The notes below the pieces were generated by a model. The model made no database searches. It saw nothing but the letters and a program-made list of their open reading frames with translations, and was not told the origin of the DNA. Shown piece after piece: positions 45,415-58,170 of a DNA stretch of 64,000 bases (the first letter of the stretch is position 1; every line of letters begins with the position of its first letter). Source of the DNA: Chrysomallon squamiferum (lineage: Eukaryota > Animalia > Mollusca); contig CM022665.1 in assembly GCA_012295275.1 (NCBI GenBank), positions 25,110,001 to 25,174,000 on the forward strand, in the 5' to 3' direction. Position numbers and translations under genes: made by a program.

Positions 45415-48400
45415 AAAATGATAAAATGTTCGTTAAGAAACTGTAATTAATAATAATAATAATAAGTCTTAGGCTTGTCACATATTTGGTTTGGTTCTTG
45501 CATTATTATTATTATTATTATATACATATTTGAGGCCAAGAAATGACAGTATTACCAAGGGATTATGAAATGGTTAAAAGCAGTAAATATATGTTTGCAT
45601 TCTCAATGCAAGCTAGAAGCCTCATACAGATTTATATAATGCAGGAATAATACATGAGGTTGCAGTTAACAGAGATATAAATAAGTCTGTTTGGAAGCAT
45701 ACAGTTTAGATTTTGGGAATGTATAATGGTTCAAGCTTCACTAATAACATTTGTTTATGACACTTACATGTATATTTTTGATTGTTATAGAATATTATGG
45801 CAAAAACAAAATTCCAAATATCTAAAATAACTAAATAACTAAGTAATAAATAAATAATAAGAAAAATAATAAGAAAATAACATTGAAAAACTAAATTAAA
45901 TGAAATTTAAAAATTATGGTTATCAGTAACAATTTAAAGGTCTGTTTTCTTTGATTAATAAAGATAAAAGCCATGCAAGTTTTTTGTTTTATTCATTTTT
46001 GTAAACAGATTAAAAGAAAGTGTTATGTAAAAAAGGCATATGATTGAAAACAAAAACCCATTTAACCAGCTATTTCTAAAATTCCACCACATTTACAACT
46101 ACACTGAAAGTCTGAAACTAACAATCTACACGAACAGAAAATCATAAAGGTTTATTAATGTGTATCATTTGAACAGTGACAGGCAGAATGTACCATTGTG
46201 AGTTTTCTAATAACTAGGATGTTAATGCCGATTAATCCTACATGTGTATCTAAACAAATGTGAATGTGATACTAATGTCAAATCAGTGTAAAAGGAAGAT
46301 TAATAAATACTTCATTGTTATCTGTGCATTACCAGTTAAATATTACAATTGCTATAAATATAGTTTCTTGTAAAATTGGGTTAAATGAATTATCATTAAA
46401 TATAAAAATTGTTTAGGTTTCTTGGAGAAGTAGATTTTTGTGAGGCATTAGTTAAATATTAAAATTGAAATATACATGAAGCTTCTTCAAAATCTAGATC
46501 AGGAGGATTTCAGAGTAGGTTCAATGTTTGTAACATTAATAAGAAATCTGATGAAATATAAAAAATAATTCTTATGTTAATTGTTATTTAAGCTGCTTGT
46601 TAATTGTGTTCCCAAACAAAAATCAACAAAAAAGTAAACAGGTTAGTAGGAACTGTTCATTCTATTTTGAAGCATCTAAAAAGAAAAACCTTAAGTTTAA
46701 ATGTACTTGTGTCTTTGCAAACAGATCAGTGATAATATTACTATGTGACATCAGTCATATTGATTTTGTTCTTGACTGTTTTAATAAATGTTAGACTTTT
46801 TGGTGGGTTTTTTTCCCGATTAAGTATTTCAGATTTATTTAAATTTCTGTGTAACAGTAAGATTTAGTACGGATTATAGCTACAAAGAAATCATGGAAAC
46901 TTTGGTTTGTTTAACAATACCACATCCAAAATACAGAAAACTTTAGTTGTTTGATTTTTGCAGGCTTATTATATTACAGTTAGACTTTATTATTAGCAAA
47001 CATTGTTTTTCAGTTACATGAAATTGTAGAAAATTAATTATGGGTTATCTGTTCACATTAACACATGTACATTGTAAAGAGTATTATGAAAAGAATTGGT
47101 CATTGGTTTTTGCCTTCATAATAAATTTAAAAGAAAAATAAGTATGTTAATATTAATAAGAGTATTTGTAAAACTAGTAATTAGAAACTATTACACAGAA
47201 CGTAAATATAATTATTTGAAACAGTAAGAAATAACAAATGATTACAAGAGCATATCAGCTGTTTGATAAATCTGTTAAAAGCTTAAACATGCTATAAAGT
47301 ATAATTAACTTTTTATTAATTTATATTTTTTAACTTTAAGAAAGTGAGCACTTATTCTGAGATTGTATAAAAGATGGAGGCCAAAAATGCCAATGACTAT
47401 TTCTTCAGTCTTGTGAGATTTCTGGATTACTTCTATCAAGATGAAATATTCAGGCTAATTTGGAAAATACTGAATGTTGGCAAAGCTTTTTCAAAACCTA
47501 CTACATATATATATATATATATTATGCATACATATATACATACACCTATGTCCTAAAAAAGATTCAGTCTGGTTTCAGGCAGATGTCAAAATAATTAGAC
47601 GTTTGCTCTCTGGGTTATAATTACGGTTTCTTTTTACGAAAGTGAAATAGTCTGCTGTCTAGTTTTCGTTTTTACTTGACCAGACACATTTGTATTTTCA
47701 TTACCACAAACACACCTTCATTTACAAAGAGGCGCCAACCTGTTTATTGGTCATGACAAAATGAAGACAACTGTGTCTGTTACGTTGCTATAAAAGATGC
47801 AAGCTGTTCCCAAGAGTTAATGGTAATATTTTAGTGAAAAAAAATAATGCAGGGTAAAATTTAAAAAAAACACAAGAAAAACAAGGGAAGCCATACACAT
47901 TGTATCCACTGTCACTGGGTTTGATGAGATAACTGTGAAGAGAATAAAATAAAAAAACAGAATGATGAAAATGACAACCAACCGAAAAGCAAACAAATAG
48001 TACAAAAATACAACATAGTCAAGATTACAGTAAACGTTTTAAAAATTTTAACATTTTTACTGACTTTTAAATGAAATAAAAAACTGACTTTGGAAAACAA
48101 GATATGTATATATTTTATATTTATACTATTACAAAAAATAGTAACTGATAACAAATAAAAAGAAGAAGATGAAAAAAATACACTGTTTAAATTCAAGTAT
48201 CACAATAGAGAAAGCAATACATTTATCAAACATTCTTTAAAAATCAAATATTACAACAAAAAAAAGAGAAAATTATACAAAACACTGGACAATAGTAATG
48301 TAAATCACAAAAACAATACAGATACAAAACATTTATGAACAATATTTATATTACCCCAAATTTTTAAATATTTCAATAATTTTAAAAATAATACATACTT

Positions 48401-49483
48401 CTCTTCAGTCCTGCTAATTAGAGCAATTCTGCCATAATCCCAAGCTATCTTCCTCAGTATAGTAAACAGCAAGAGAAGTACCTAGAAATACACAAATTCA
48501 GAGTGAGGTACATTTAATTATTTCAAGCTTTTAGAGCCAAAATTTGTAAGTTTCCTAATATATATATTTGTATCATAAAAAAACAAATGAATATAAATTA
48601 AAATTAATTTAGTTACCAAATTTCATTTTAAATTAAAATTAAAAAAATAATAATAATTAATGTTTTAAATTATCCAGACATACACTGTTGTTTCATTTAT
48701 ATGTTAAGTTATTGTTTATTAATGTATCTTCATACATTTTATATTCTTGTTAATGTAATGTTTTTCAATAATTAATATTTAAAATGAGAAATAGTGGTAA
48801 TGTGCATTTTTTATATATAACAGATTTGTTAGACACAGACATACACATACATGTTTACTTGAAGCTTTATTTTTATTACTATACAGTAATTATTTATTCC
48901 TGTTTTATATTACTTTTATGATCTACTCTCAACATTAATACTGATTTATATATTCATGTATGTTATGAATATTTATTAACAGTATTAATAAGTTGCATGC
49001 ACCATTAGGAAATAATGAAGGAACAAAATGAATGGATAAATTAATTAATAGGAAACAAGCACACAGTTAATAATAACAACAACCATAATAATAATAATAA
49101 CAATAATAATAATAAAATAGTAATAATGTTGATAAAAATAACAAAAACAACAATATTTGTGAGGATGAGAGGAATGATGAGGATGATAATGATTAATAGT
49201 AACAACAACGGTAATAAAATAAAACATCAGAATACTTAATAACCTAATCATTCATTTACTTGTCAAATTACTCAATCATGAAAACTGTTTAACATTCTTC
49301 TTTATTCCCAGCAAGTCAGTTAACTTTATCCGACAATCCATCTTTCTGTCTGTCTTAAAAACAACTTGTACTCACCACCCACACAATGATGTTGATGATC
49401 AAGTTATCAGGTATCCCAGCATAGTCTGGAGTGAAAGGAGTGAATGATGAATTGGATGTCTTGTGAGGATAGCAAGAAGACAT
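30120..49483 (-). CDS. TMEM63: TMEM63/CSC1-like (OSCA family) mechano/osmosensitive cation channel, 769 aa core
   Basis: 21 in-phase GT-AG exons: 49483-49376, 48481-48399, 44431-44303, 43567-43428, 43139-43088, 42618-42510, 42235-42162, 41999-41919, 41376-41250, 40680-40547, 40060-39935, 39291-39138, 38745-38639, 37919-37833, 37255-37199, 36229-36067, 35645-35540, 35226-35059, 34458-34343, 30728-30681, 30260-30120 (2310 nt). Motifs [84 protein letters not shown] and KHVVDRYN. Confidence 0.95.
31383..31625. repeat. (CA)n microsatellite plus degenerate CA/TA-rich tract
   Basis: Directly visible; it is the source of the CVCV-rich ORF in the track. Confidence 0.9.
31733..31762 (-). CDS. Candidate TMEM63 cassette microexon, 30 nt ([10 protein letters not shown])
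   Basis: ttttcactttggattcag|ACT GCA CTG GAT GGT CCA GAG GAA ACT CAG|gttggt. Phase 0-0 like the host intron, and no stop codon. Confidence 0.5.
32395..32418 (-). CDS. Candidate TMEM63 cassette microexon, 24 nt (IAWTEPLK)
   Basis: tgcctaactctttatag|ATT GCA TGG ACA GAA CCA TTA AAG|gtaagt. Consensus donor, CTAAC branch-like motif, phase 0-0. Confidence 0.6.
32535..32715 (+). mobile_element. Degenerate tRNA-derived SINE (Meta/MESC-like)
   Basis: caggatctatcctgctcagtg (B-box-like head)...catgactgg...caaaggc...tttgctgctaatctgaaaagcaagctcttgtgtggctgcagagagtttt. Confidence 0.5.
36655..37030. repeat. Degenerate tandem repeat, ~100-120 bp unit, ~3.5 copies
   Basis: The block gttataa(c/t)tca.tgttctgtcactactaa.g.agtca...aaagtcaaaatagtgaca recurs at ~36664, 36771, 36870 and 36991. 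Confidence 0.8.
37582..37632. repeat. (CA)n microsatellite
   Basis: Directly visible. Confidence 0.95.
45375..45413. repeat. (TG)n microsatellite
   Basis: Directly visible. Confidence 0.95.
47897..47932 (-). CDS. Candidate TMEM63 cassette exon, 36 nt ([13 protein letters not shown])
   Basis: Long pyrimidine tract ...ttctcttcacag|T TAT CTC ATC AAA CCC AGT GAC AGT GGA TAC AAT GT|gtatgg. Phase 2-2 like the host intron, giving [25 protein letters not shown]. Confidence 0.7.
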
Positions 49484-52479
49484 GTTGCTTTTGTTTTATA
49501 TCAGAGTCTGTTCTCAGCAAAATTTTCTAACATTGTTACATCATCTGAAAATAGCAATAGACCTAGATATATATATATATGTATGTATGTGTATGGTGAA
49601 ATATGTACCACAATTTTCCTTACATATAACATTTTTAAATAAATAAATAAATAAATAATATAGTTTATAACATTAAATAATTTACCATTATAATGCTTGC
49701 AATATCACCATTAACTTGATCCCTTTTACAATCTATTCTTCTGCTAATATTTAAGTGATGTGTTTTGTTTGTTTTAAGTACAGAATGTGTTTTCAAATGT
49801 AATGTAGTCTATCCATGAATGATATCTATATTAATTTACACAAAAACTAGTTTGTAATAAGTGGAATTTTATTTTGTTTTGTGTTTTTCTCATCCTAGTA
49901 AGTTCTGATTTAATAAACCTGAACTTTTAAAATACAAAGTGTTCTAATGACACTGAATTTCAGATACTGTTTTAAATTATTTTCATACAGTAAATGATTA
50001 ATCCAATATACAGGTCAAGATGACTTGGCAATGTGCCTGTACCTCAAGGCCTAACACATATCATAATATACATTATGTGTTTGTACATGTCTATTGACTG
50101 CACCTGTCCCATAACTCAACCTGACAGCATTCTCTATTTATTTTCACGTTTAGTTCCTTTTGAAGACATCAAGATTATACATTAATGCCATTAGTTTAGA
50201 CTTCCTAAATCTTATTTATAACTTTTTTTTTCAATTGCTACTTTCTTAGTTATTCCCTTAAAGATACAAATAAATTATATCTGCATGCAAGCATGTATTT
50301 GTAAAAGCATAAAAAATAAGGATGAAACAAATTGTTTTTTCTAATTCTTTTATTTCTTTGTGTTATTTCTTTTTTAATGTTAGAAAAATGCACTAGAATG
50401 TCTGAGTTAAAAATCATTATTTATATAAAAAAAAAAAAAGTATATCATTATTTAAAAATTAAAATTAAAATAGCCATGACAGTCGACCCTATCATTAAAA
50501 CTCTGCTCAGTTCTTAATCTGTAAATCTTTTTAATCATTGTCAATATTAATAATTTAAAAAAAAATATTTTTCCCAAAATATTTTACTAATTAACAAATG
50601 AAAAAAAAACAGAAAAAGGTTCAGAGTAAAATTACTATGAATACTACTTTTCTTTATCAGATTTTTTATTTTAATTTATTTTCTCCTTTTCTTTTTTGCC
50701 AGTTATTTTATTGCATGGTATATTACACAGGCCTGTTAAAAAAAATACACAAATGGAACTGACCAATTTTTAAAAAACAATTTTATATCTTATACTTATA
50801 TTAGTTTTCTTTATTTCTTTTAAAAGCATTCATATATATTTGTATACGGTTTGTGTAAATATTATGGAGGATATTTGTAAACAGTGACACAGAAACTATG
50901 AGAACGGACCACCTGTCCAAGGTCAGACAGACACACACTGTTAACAGAAATAGGTTATCAACACAATAAGTAACTTCACACAGATAGCAGAGTTTATAAT
51001 CTACTTTGATCTAATTCCAGATTATTTATTTACTGTATAAACAAACATGTGTGTGAGCATTCTGTGCTTTCTGTGTTTGTATATGAGTGGAGATGGGTGT
51101 TTGTGTACAACCGTTTTATATATATATATATGCATGCATGTTTGTTTAGGTAGACGTGCACATGACTATTTCTGTGCTTTTGTGTGAGTGTATGTACATG
51201 TATGCATGTATGTGCATTTGTGTATTTGCAAGTGCATGCATATATGAATATGTGTCTGTCTGTGTGTGTTAAGATAATAATTAAAAACATGATTCAGTAC
51301 TACAGAATTAAGCTGAAGAGAGGAATACACAAAAAGGTAATATAGTGACATATCTGCAAGAATGTAAACACATACACAGATGCTTACATGTATGAGAGAG
51401 ACAGAGAAAGAGTGAAAGAGAGAGAAGAAAATGTTACTGTAATTATAAAAAAAAAAAAAAATTATGAAGAAACCTTCTAATCACAAATCTTGCAAAAGCC
51501 TATTGAGATCATAGGACCATGTTTTACTTCACACCAGAAACAGTGAGAACAAACATTTGTTGGCTACAGTAGCTGTATAGGTAGAAATACTTGCTGAATA
51601 GAACACTGCAATCAATACAGTGGTTGAGAATGATGCTGTTTATCTCAGTCTGTCTCAGTGTTTACTTGAGGATTTCTGCTTCACATTTCTATTAAACCCT
51701 GAATACCAGTGTGTTATCACAGTAATTAGCATGCACTCTCAAGTTTGGAATCTTGCTGAAAGCATTTTTATTATTTTTTTTTTTTTTTTTTTTAAATTTA
51801 TTTCTTTTTAATCATCATATATTTACCTATTTTTTAATATTATTATTATTTCATTAATTACATACTTAATATTTTATTTTTGTTTAATGACTAATTTTCA
51901 TTACCATCATCATTTCTTAACATCTAATATTCTAAAAAAAAAAAAAAAAAAAAAAACCAACAACATTCTTCATTTGCAAATTTGATAGAACAAGGTAATG
52001 ATTTTGTGAACAAAATCGAATCACAATGACATCATGTTGTTAGGTTTTATAAATCTACTTGCCTATCAGTACAGATCTGATACCAAAGCATGAAATTAGC
52101 AAGCTAAAATCTCAAAAGAATGTTTGCTGAAATTGTTTGACTCTTCACTCAGATATGTTAAATAACACTATACAGCATCTGTGTAACATAAACAGTTATG
52201 ATCCTATTATTCAGTTAAACAGTTATTAACAGTAATTGTCAGAGACTGTTTGGTTGTTGTTGTTTCGGTTTTTTTACTGGGTGTTCAGCTGTTGAACAAC
52301 AGACTTTTTAATGACCAGAACTGGCTGAATATAAATGAGATTTTTAAACATGCAGCATAAACTTGAGATAAATGTAGCAGAAATGTAATTTTGTAATAAA
52401 TAAGAGTCAGCTTAATAACTGTTATACAAAAACTCATGGAAAATACAATCCTCAGTAATTCAGTAACATATTATATATA

Positions 52480-52612
52480 ATTATGGTGAAGGTCCGTACA
52501 GTTGGGGGAAAAAAAAGAGAAACCCACTGCCACTCTATGATGAGTTACTCTTTTTTTAATAGCTGCAATGAATCTTTTATATGAATTTTCTCACAGACAC
52601 AAAAGCATATAA
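52480..52612 (-). mobile_element. Degenerate SINE (same family, reverse orientation)
   Basis: agagaaacccactgccact...gagttactctttt..aatagctgcaatgaatcttttatatgaattttctcacagaca is the reverse complement of the SINE core. Confidence 0.55.
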
Positions 52613-54597
52613 TTATATTACAGGACACACAATAATGCATGCAGGCCCTTACATAAGCTCATTTTATATGCAAGTTTTGCCAGCAAACATACAGACAAAA
52701 CATGAGCACACAAGCAGAAAACCCACCACACACACAAAAAGTTTTATTGAAGTTTGTAGCTAGCCATTATTAATTCAAGACATGTACAAGCAGTTTAAAG
52801 GTGAAGGTTTGTCTTTTGCAGATCTATGGTTCTACTCACTATTCATCTCACTCCCTGGAGTACAATTTATTTTCTCATTTATTTAACATACGCTCCAGTG
52901 AAAGAGGACACTAATAAATAGAAAATTTCTAATGAAAGGTGTTGATCAATACTGCAGGTCAAGGTGATACGAAACTGTGTCACAGTGTTACCAGTTGTTT
53001 ACCAGACAGAGGTATGAATGTTGATTGATATTTAGTATTTAAACGGTACAGTGTCAAATTATCTAGCTGTATGTTACACAGTCTGCAAAATTCCTGAAAC
53101 AGCTGAAAATAATTTTTTACTGAGTAGATAACTACTTTGTCAAACATTTGATTTTATTTTTCTGGTTAAACAACAAAATTAATATTTACTCAATACATGG
53201 TCCATTTTGGAATATTGTTCACCATTTCTGTGATTACTTCAAAGTTGACTTGTATATGTTATAGAGGTGCTGAATAAAATGTCTTTCGTTGTTTTTTTTT
53301 TTTTTTTTTTTTTAATTACAAAAATAAATTTGAAAACAATAAATAAAATTTGTTTAAAAAGTTAAAAATAAAAGAAGAAGAATTTTTGTATTTATTTAAA
53401 CATTCAGTTATTCAGTTAAATTTAGATGTACCCAGAACCAGATACTTAAAGTAAAAAAAATGTTTAAAAAAATGTGTATGTCATATTAACTCTGTGTACT
53501 TTGTAAACTTACAATATATCCTTCAGTATTTAACTTTAAGCTTTTTCATTAATTAAACTGACGGTAAATCTGGGTCCATTATTTATTTTGTTTTTTAATA
53601 ATGCTCAAACATTAAATAATACTTAAACTAAAAAGTATAGTCTTGGGCACACGTAATACTTTGATTTATTGCACATATAAAGAAACCTGGAAGAAAAACG
53701 TAAGTAATTTAAATAAGCACAAATAAATTTTACACAAACTTCAAAAGTTCTGTGCTTTTTTTTTTTAAAATTTAAAAACAAAAAACAAACAAAGGTGTTT
53801 GTATCTAAATATATATTATAAAAAAAAAAAAAAAAACTATAACTAATAAACAAATAAATAAAATAACAAACAATAATTAAGTAAATAAAACTAAAGACTA
53901 TGGAATACAACAATTTTAAAAGGTCTGTTTCGACACTACATCTGTTACACTTTCTGTAAAGTGGAATTTAAATTTATATAAAATATTTGCACACACAATC
54001 ACCTGAACATCACATGATTAAATATTAACAATTATAAGTTAATATACGTACATATAATGAATATAGTATTTACATTTCCAAAATGATTCCCAACACTGAT
54101 GCCATTGCCTGGCACCACCATCCATATTCCAGCAATTTTGATGAATTTATACATCAGTATTGATTCATTTATTTTTAGACATAAATGCATAAAATTATTA
54201 CATCGCATATCAAAAGGTCACAGTTTTGGTATTTGCTAACAAAATGTAATGTCAAAAGTATGCCTCCATTTATTTTAGTACTCATGTTTAACTAAGACTA
54301 AATGCCACAGATGATTAAAGAAAAGCCTTTATAACATATAGAAAGATCAATATTTTTTTTCATTTTTTTCACTGAACAGTGATAAAAGCTTTACTTTTAC
54401 ACCTATTGACTTCATCACTGTCAACCAAATTTCTTCTAACATAGATACAGCATGAATGTTTTTTACAATATAAATGGAATCATTTCAGTGTGATGGGAGA
54501 TTTTATTATATTTTATTTTATATTTATTTTATTTTGCAAAAATGTTTGTGTGATTTTTCTGAACAGTTTAAAAACTATTTATTTAAAAGATTCAGAT

Positions 54598-54612
54598 AAC
54601 AATAATAATAAT

Positions 54613-54657
<45 letters not shown>
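54598..54657. repeat. (AAT)n microsatellite
   Basis: Directly visible. Confidence 0.9.
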
Positions 54658-57600
54658 CTGCCTTTGTGATACAATATATCTTTATAATGTTACTAACACT
54701 GAAATATAAATCAGTGGTAAAGAAAAACTGACTGAGGAATAAATTATTAGCCAGGATGAATTCTCATCTACACTAACAATGAATAATATCTGATTTATTT
54801 ATTCAACACTTTTATGAAGTTCAAGTAATGGCAATACTGCAAAAATTATTTTTAAATCTTAAACAACTGGTAAAATATTCTGAAGTGTCATTGAATAATA
54901 TAAGTATTTTCAGTACTGCACAACACGGTAGTTTTCAGTACACATGTCACATTTTAACATTATTGATTTTGTGTAATCACAGATTAACCTCCATTGATTA
55001 CTTTACTTACTGACACACACCTCAACATGAAAGCAACACAAATAAAAATGCTGGAGATATAAAAAAGAAAGAAAAAATAAAGAAAACAATTACAAATTTA
55101 CTGTTTTCAACATGTAATAAATACTTAAATAGGACAACATATCAGTGTTAATAATTATAAGATTATTTAGCTGTTATCAAGACAAAGAAATATCATTTTA
55201 AAAAATTATTCTGTAAAGTGTAAAGCCATTAAAAATGATGCAAAGATAAATATTTTCATTTCTCATACGTAAAAGATCAGGTGTTTACAGTGTTTTAAAA
55301 GAAATAAAATAAGGCCTGATATAATTATAAGTACTTAACATGCTATCATCCATGGGATTTACAAAAGCCTGCTGTGGGTCCTTCATCTACTAAATTTGTA
55401 TGTCATTATAGATCAATCTCCTACTAAACACATTAGTTACTTATATGTCAGATCCATGACCCTGAAGGTGAGACGACAGAAATTAGCTTTTATTCAGAGG
55501 ACAATTACAAAGTGACAGAAATCACTCATCATTAGCAAAGAAAAGCTGTAACAAAACCTACAGTATTTTCATTTCACTCCTCAAGAATATAACAATACAT
55601 TTAATGAAATAACCAAGTGCTGTTTACTGCTGCTAATTACTGAGGTGTGATGTGATAACTCAATCTGCATAAATGTGAAGAATGTGATAACGAAACAAAC
55701 ACATTAGCTGAAACTGGTGAAGTATCTGTTTTCACAATCAATCGATTTATATTGCAATCCATTTGCCATTATCAATTGCATGAGGGCAGCAAATAAGGCT
55801 AGCATCAATTTGTAGCTTAGGGCTTTATTGTTTGCTTTTATGATCAATGGAAAGACAAATCTCTGGTTGATTAATAACAGAAGCACAACTTGAGAATTAT
55901 GAATTTTTTATTTTGTGTGTCTGCGATAACAGAAGGTCACTTCTGTAGTCGTTCATGCATCCATGACAACCAAATATTGCATTAGGGGTTCCAATTACGA
56001 GAACAAATTGTCTGTTACATCGATATTAGACCATATGGGTGAAATCTCAATTTAACATCATTTAGAATTTTTCTGATCATTTCTTCTTTAGTTTATTTTG
56101 TGTTTTCTTATTCTTCTTCTTTTTTTTTTCTTTCTTTTTTTTTTTTTTTTTACAAAATATTATAATTGCTGTTGTTAATATTGTATTCAGATTCATAAAG
56201 AATAAGATATTTTAATATTGTGTATAAATTAAATTATCATATAAAAGACCATTTTGTACAGAAACAATGGACTATGACATGAATTAAAGCTGATCTATTT
56301 TTGACACAAATAATTTCTATGCAATTTACAGCAATTTCTTTAAAATGAAAATAAAATATGAAGAATAATACATAGTTTATAGTTATTTTCAATGTTCCAA
56401 TATATCACAAATCTGACAGAACAAAGCATTCCTGTTATAAAGATTAAGCAAACCCTGACAAATATTCTAACTTGAACTAATTTTGTAGAAAAGTCAGTTA
56501 TTTCAAATGAAGTTCAGTCAATATCACATTAATATTTTAGATGAAAACATAATCATTTTCATGTTATTTTGAGATTGTTAAAGTCTGTATTAGTCTCACT
56601 TGTTCATGAATATAACATTTACAATCTGTTTTCATCAATAGATAATATACAAATCATTACTTGCTTCAAATCTCAAGTGCCATACTTGCATTAAAAAACA
56701 TGATAAAAATATATAAAAATAACTGCAAAACTAAATTAAAACATTGCACAAAGTAAACATGAATACCCATTAGTTACTGTTCAGTTGCAATTAATTTTAA
56801 ATATTATGAAAAAACAGTCTGGAAATTCTAATGTAAAATGTACACTTAATTTTATACCTTTTCTGTGAAGAGTTATTAAAACACCATATGTTGCTTAATA
56901 TCCTTTAATATATCATTCTGTATGGTACGACATATAACTATATATAATTATTAGATCACAATCAGGTTTATAACAAATGATGTTATACATCTTTAATCAT
57001 TTCAGACAACATGGAGAGCAACATATTTAAAATTTCCATTTACTAGGTATTGATGAGCAGGTTTTACATAATACGTGAAGATTATCTATCTATATGATAA
57101 AGATTATATAAATGTTTAGTGATGAAACGAAACAGGAAAAACAGCGTTTAGATAACAAACTGTAACATGGTTTGACACAGTCAAAACAGGACTCATATAT
57201 GATAGTTATGATGCATTCTTTTAATTTTTTCTTTCTTCTTCTTTTTTGTTGTTATAATTTTTTAAGTTTTGGGCAAGATACATAAATGTTTTTCTATGCA
57301 TATACCATGCAATACAAATTAAATTATATTAGAAATGATGTACAAAAAAACAAACAATACAACAACATGTATATTAATTTACCATCATAGAACATTACAG
57401 TTACGTTTGAGAAAGATGAATATTAAGCATACAGTGCAACAAATACATTTGTACTTACACAAAAATAATAACAAAACTGCAAGCCTGACATAAATTATAA
57501 GTTGTCATGACTTGATTGAACTTGTATCTCCATACCAAGGAGCCACTGAGGTGATGTTAATTATTTCCTGTGTTGGAAGATCACCGAAATGTCTTCAATA

Positions 57601-57949
57601 ATGCATAGCATTGTAGGTCTCTGGACAGACTATACCTCTAACTTAAACACTATTGATTTTACACTATCATTGTCTAACTTGGCTATTAACATCACCACTG
57701 GCTGAAAACAATGTATTAATCACACCATTGACGCCCACGTTCATATAGAAGTGAAGATTTGAAATGCCGTTTTAAAATTATTAATGGTTTTTATATTTAA
57801 CATGTTTAATCTGAAATGTTCTTCAGATGCATCCTGAAGAAATAAATAAATTAGTGCATAATAGTTAATAATTAAAATACTTATTTTAAGCTTCTGTCTA
57901 ATCAATACATATTTCACAAAATGTATACAAGAGCTCTACTGCTAAGAAG

Positions 57950-58170
57950 ATAGAAACATTTTATTTAAAGATGCACTCAGTATTTTTAAACCTATGGTTA
58001 TATTGTTAAGTACTACACAGATTATAAAGAAAATCTACAGCCACTATATGACAGGATATTCTTTTTCTTGGTTAGCAGAAATGGTTTTGTTATATACACA
58101 GTCCATCTACAAAGCGTAACTGTGAACCACAAACAGCCCAATGAATCCACTAAAAGGGACCAATCTTAAA
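57950..58170 (-). mobile_element. Degenerate SINE (same family, reverse orientation)
   Basis: ttttatttaaagatgcactcag...tatggttatattg...cagccactatatg...ttagcagaaatggttttgttatatacac...aacagcccaatgaatccactaaaagggacc. Confidence 0.5.
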
